A stretch of DNA of 54,522 nucleotides, counting the filler, from Squatina squatina (taxonomy: Eukaryota), in NCBI GenBank assembly GCA_031763465.1. It is 2 parts of 2 records of this genome, joined end to end, with 100 filler letters (N's around TTAATTAATTAA, not from the genome) between each part and the next. Parts side by side here need not be neighbours in the genome. Positions count along the whole stretch, not along the records: positions 26,281 to 54,522 come from JARFOE010000219.1; 1 more part is not named here. One strand, given 5' to 3'. Made by a program: the position numbers and the translations under genes. The notes beneath the pieces are model-generated. The model saw only the letters and a program-made list of their open reading frames with translations, ran no database searches and was not told the DNA's origin. Positions within the stretch are counted from its first letter, which is position 1; every line of letters starts with the position of its first letter. Below, in pieces: positions 51,330-54,522 of the stretch.

Positions 51330-51630
51330 TCTGCGGTTGCCATTTACACCTCCTCTAGACTCATCTTTTGTTTCCTTTTTTGTCCCATTCCCACTCCCTT
51401 TTGCCTTGCACCATCATCCTTTTTGTCATTTAATCACTCCTGCCTTCCACCCGATCAGACATTCCCTTTTGTTCTTTCCATTGCCCCCTCCCTGTCTCTG
51501 TACTTGCTTAAAACCTGTTACAAAGATTACTTTTTCCAGTTCTGATGAAAGGTCATCAACCTGAAACGTTAACTGTTTTTCTCTCACCACAGCCTGACCT
51601 GCTGAATATTTCCAGCATTTTCTGTTTTTA
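51330..51630 (+). mobile_element. Penelope-like terminal (pLTR-type) repeat fragment
   Basis: Pyrimidine-rich body, then 'ttctgatgaaaggtcatcaacctgaaacgttaactg..cctgacctgctgaatatttccagcattttctgttttta'. Confidence 0.6.
51537..51575 (+). ncRNA. Minimal type I hammerhead ribozyme motif
   Basis: CAGTT-CTGATGA-A-AGGT(CATCA)ACCT-GAAA-CG-TT-AACTG. Both core boxes are present, with stem I (CAGTT/AACTG), stem II (AGGT/ACCT) and a palindromic ACGT in place of stem III. Confidence 0.65.
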
Positions 51631-52296
51631 CACAAGAGATGGTCTTCTATGGTTTCAGTTAATGTGGGTGGAAGACCCACTGTGAGATATTTAAATCCAA
51701 AAAGGACTTCAGTCCACATACAGACCTAGGCAACAGAAACACCTCTTCTAGTCAGTGAGATAAATGCAGAAACATTCTAAGCTGGTACACAGACGGGTAG
51801 AGCCTACAACAGAGGAAGATATGATCAGTTGGCTTCAAATTAGCTAGCTCAAAAGCAAGTTCCTGCCGAGAATGGACAGAGTTGAGTTTTGTTTTAAACT
51901 GCACAATAGGTACGAAAAAGATGAATCTCACTGAAAACTGAATTCTCATGTATTTTATAAATCAATTTGTTGGTTTACAATTCTATTTTGTCTTGCAATA
52001 GTGCTCTTCAGTCCACCTTCACGAAAAACAGGACATGGTGGCACACATACAATTACAGTAGCCTGTCCAAACTATGGTTCAATGGCATGCCCCATGACTG
52101 TCATACTATTATTTGGCTAGATATTGGGCTAAATGTGCACTTTGTATCATAAGTGATACAGGGTCTACTTAATGAGTGACTGGTGACATTGAACCCAAAA
52201 GAATATCTAATACAAGAGCTGTGAAATTTGTCCAAGCTCCTAGAGATGGCCCACTGTATGGGAGGGGATTCACTGTGCATACATAATTATGCATAC

Positions 52297-52626
52297 GGGT
52301 ACGGTAGCATAGTGGTCATGTTACTGGACTAGTGATCCAGAGGCCTGGACTAATGACCCAGAGACACGAGTTGAAATCCCATCATGGCAACTGGTGAATT
52401 TAAATTCAGTTAAAAGCAATCAATCAGGAATAAAAAGCTAGTATCAATATATGGTGACCATAAAACCCATGATTGTCGTAAAAACCCATCCGGTTCACTA
52501 ATGCCCTTCAGGGAAAGAAATCTGCCATCCTTACCTGGTCTGGCCTATGTATGACTCCAGACCCATAGCAATGTGGTTGACTCTTAACTGTCCTCTGAAA
52601 TGGCCTAGCAAGCCCCTCAGTTGTAT
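52297..52626 (+). mobile_element. tRNA-derived SINE
   Basis: A box TAGCATAGTGG (52305) and B-box-like GAGTTGAAATCCC (52368), followed by a body ending 'tgaaatggcctagcaagcccctcagttgta'. Confidence 0.7.
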
Positions 52627-54522
52627 TCAAAAAGGCAGATCATCNNNNNNNNNNNNNNNNNNNNNNNNNNNNNNNNNNNNNNNNNNNNNNNNNNNNNNNN
52701 NNNNNNNNNNNNNNNNNNNNNNNNNNNNNNNNNNNNNNNNNNNNCGCGTCCACTCAATATTTCCCAGTAGCTGCACACAAGTTGTGGCGATACAAAGATA
52801 TTGATCCAAGACTTGTCTTAACTACTGAAAAGATGAGCGGGGGGATGGAGGGTAAATAAAGTGAGCTGCTTGAAGAAAATAATTGTATGTTAATTTTATG
52901 AAACTGCTATGTCAAAGCTCTGTTGGACGCTGTGCAGTTTGAGAGAAGCAGGAAGGCCGTTTCTCTTGACTCGTTTTGCATGTTCATTTCAACTTATTTG
53001 CAAATACATTTTTAAAAGCGGGTTTATTACGAAAATGAACCAAATGTTACCTGCATCAGGAACTTCGAAAAGTTACCCTTCTATTCGTTCCATAATGCCA
53101 TTTAACTCTTATTTCCATCCAGTGTTAATGCACTTTCCCCCGTTTTTAGCTGTCCAGAAATGTTGGTGTTAGCATATAGCCAGGCGGGTTCTCACGGCTT
53201 TTCTCAATGTGCCTAATTTATTGCATGGTCTACTCTAGGTCCTTTCTAGTTTTAAGTTGTTTAAAAATAATAATGCAAATTACAAATGGAATTTAAGGAG
53301 TTGTTAATTTTGTATTTGTAATTCTATGAAAATGAATAAAANNNNNNNNNNNNNNNNNNNNNNNNNNNNNNNNNNNNNNNNNNNNNNNNNNNNNNNNNNN
53401 NNNNNNNNNNNNNNNNNNNNNNNNNNNNNNNNNNNNNNNNNNNNNNNNNNNNNNNNNNNNNNNNNNNNNNNNNNNNNNNNNNNNNNNNNNNNNNNNNNNN
53501 NNNNNNNNNNNNNNNNNNNNNNNNNNNNNNNNNNNNNNNNNNNNNNNNNNNNNNNNNNNNNNNNNNNNNNNNNNNNNNNNNNNNNNNNNNNNNNNNNNNN
53601 NNNNNNNNNNNNNNNNNNNNNNNNNNNNNNNNNNNNNNNNNNNNNNNNNNNNNNNNNNNNNNNNNNNNNNNNNNNNNNNNNNNNNNNNNNNNNNNNNNNN
53701 NNNNNNNNNNNNNNNNNNNNNNNNNNNNNNNNNNNNNNNNNNNNNNNNNNNNNNNNNNNNNNNNNNNNNNNNNNNNNNNNNNNNNNNNNNNNNNNNNNNN
53801 NNNNNNNNNNNNNNNNNNNNNNNNNNNNNNNNNNTTGTAGCATCCTTTATACAAATGGTTACGATTTCACTACAAAAAGCAAGCAGAAGAAATCTTTCCC
53901 GAGAATCTTTATGTATTGGTACCTTTGGTTAAGAAGACGTACAGAAGTCTGCTGTACTGTCATTGATATCACAAGATTCTGCAGCACTTGGGCGTTCCAT
54001 AGTGTTACAAGGAAACAGAAAATTTATCAAAGGGATCTGTAAACACTTAACAGCTGAGCAAGCATATGACAAAATGACATTTAATATTGTCAATTAAAAT
54101 TATCTGTGGGGTTGTTTCATTTTCATACATGAATGTCACTTCGTTGATCATTATTTCAGAAGCAGCGCGTCACGGATCCCTGTGTATTTTATCTCTACCG
54201 AAAAAAGCAGCGAGTTTGTTAACAGAAAAACAGGTTGCGAAATAAAACCAAACCGTGTGCATTATCACCGATAATTTATAAAGTCTGCACAGAACAGATA
54301 ACTACACCATGAAAACAGATTTGGCAGCCTGTTTCCTTTGTCACGCTGAGAACAAGTATAAAGTATTGTCTAATACAAATGCTACAATGTGTGACAGAAT
54401 TGCATTTCTTTGTATCTGGGTACAAAACACTTTGTAATTTCGACCCACACAAGTGGATTTTGGACATGAATAGCTTTTGCTTTGATCACTGATCACTGGC
54501 GGGACACACACATTGTCAGAGT

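Noticed and set aside
43690-54042. Long ORFs made mostly of X
   Set aside because: They simply read through N gaps.

Overview
Eukaryotic (vertebrate) DNA, most likely a shark or other cartilaginous fish, judged from the repeat families and proteins (inference). The assembly is heavily gapped. An artificial N44-TTAATTAATTAA-N44 spacer at 26181-26280 splits the window into two probably unlinked pieces. The left piece (1-26180) is repeat-dense. It holds nested CR1-type LINEs, a second LINE family, solo-LTR-like elements, long CT-rich tracts, a Penelope-like RT fragment, two GALNT6/GALNT3-type exons and a GPR139-like GPCR pseudogene. About 5-6 kb upstream of that pseudogene is duplicated in inverted orientation (~6450-12444 vs ~20340-25284). 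The right piece (26281-54522) carries the conserved SSTR1(-) / TTC6(-) / FOXA1(+) block, with every gene broken by gaps. The most notable signals are: a minimal hammerhead-ribozyme motif in sense orientation ~670 nt past the FOXA1 stop codon; an LTR-like element with an ETS-motif VNTR just upstream of the GPCR first exon in both duplicates; a 42-bp-arm hairpin among TTC6 exons; a FOXA2-like in-frame UUG extension upstream of FOXA1; and a 22-bp forkhead/E-box palindrome between TTC6 and FOXA1. All family assignments come from recalled sequence similarity, not database searches.
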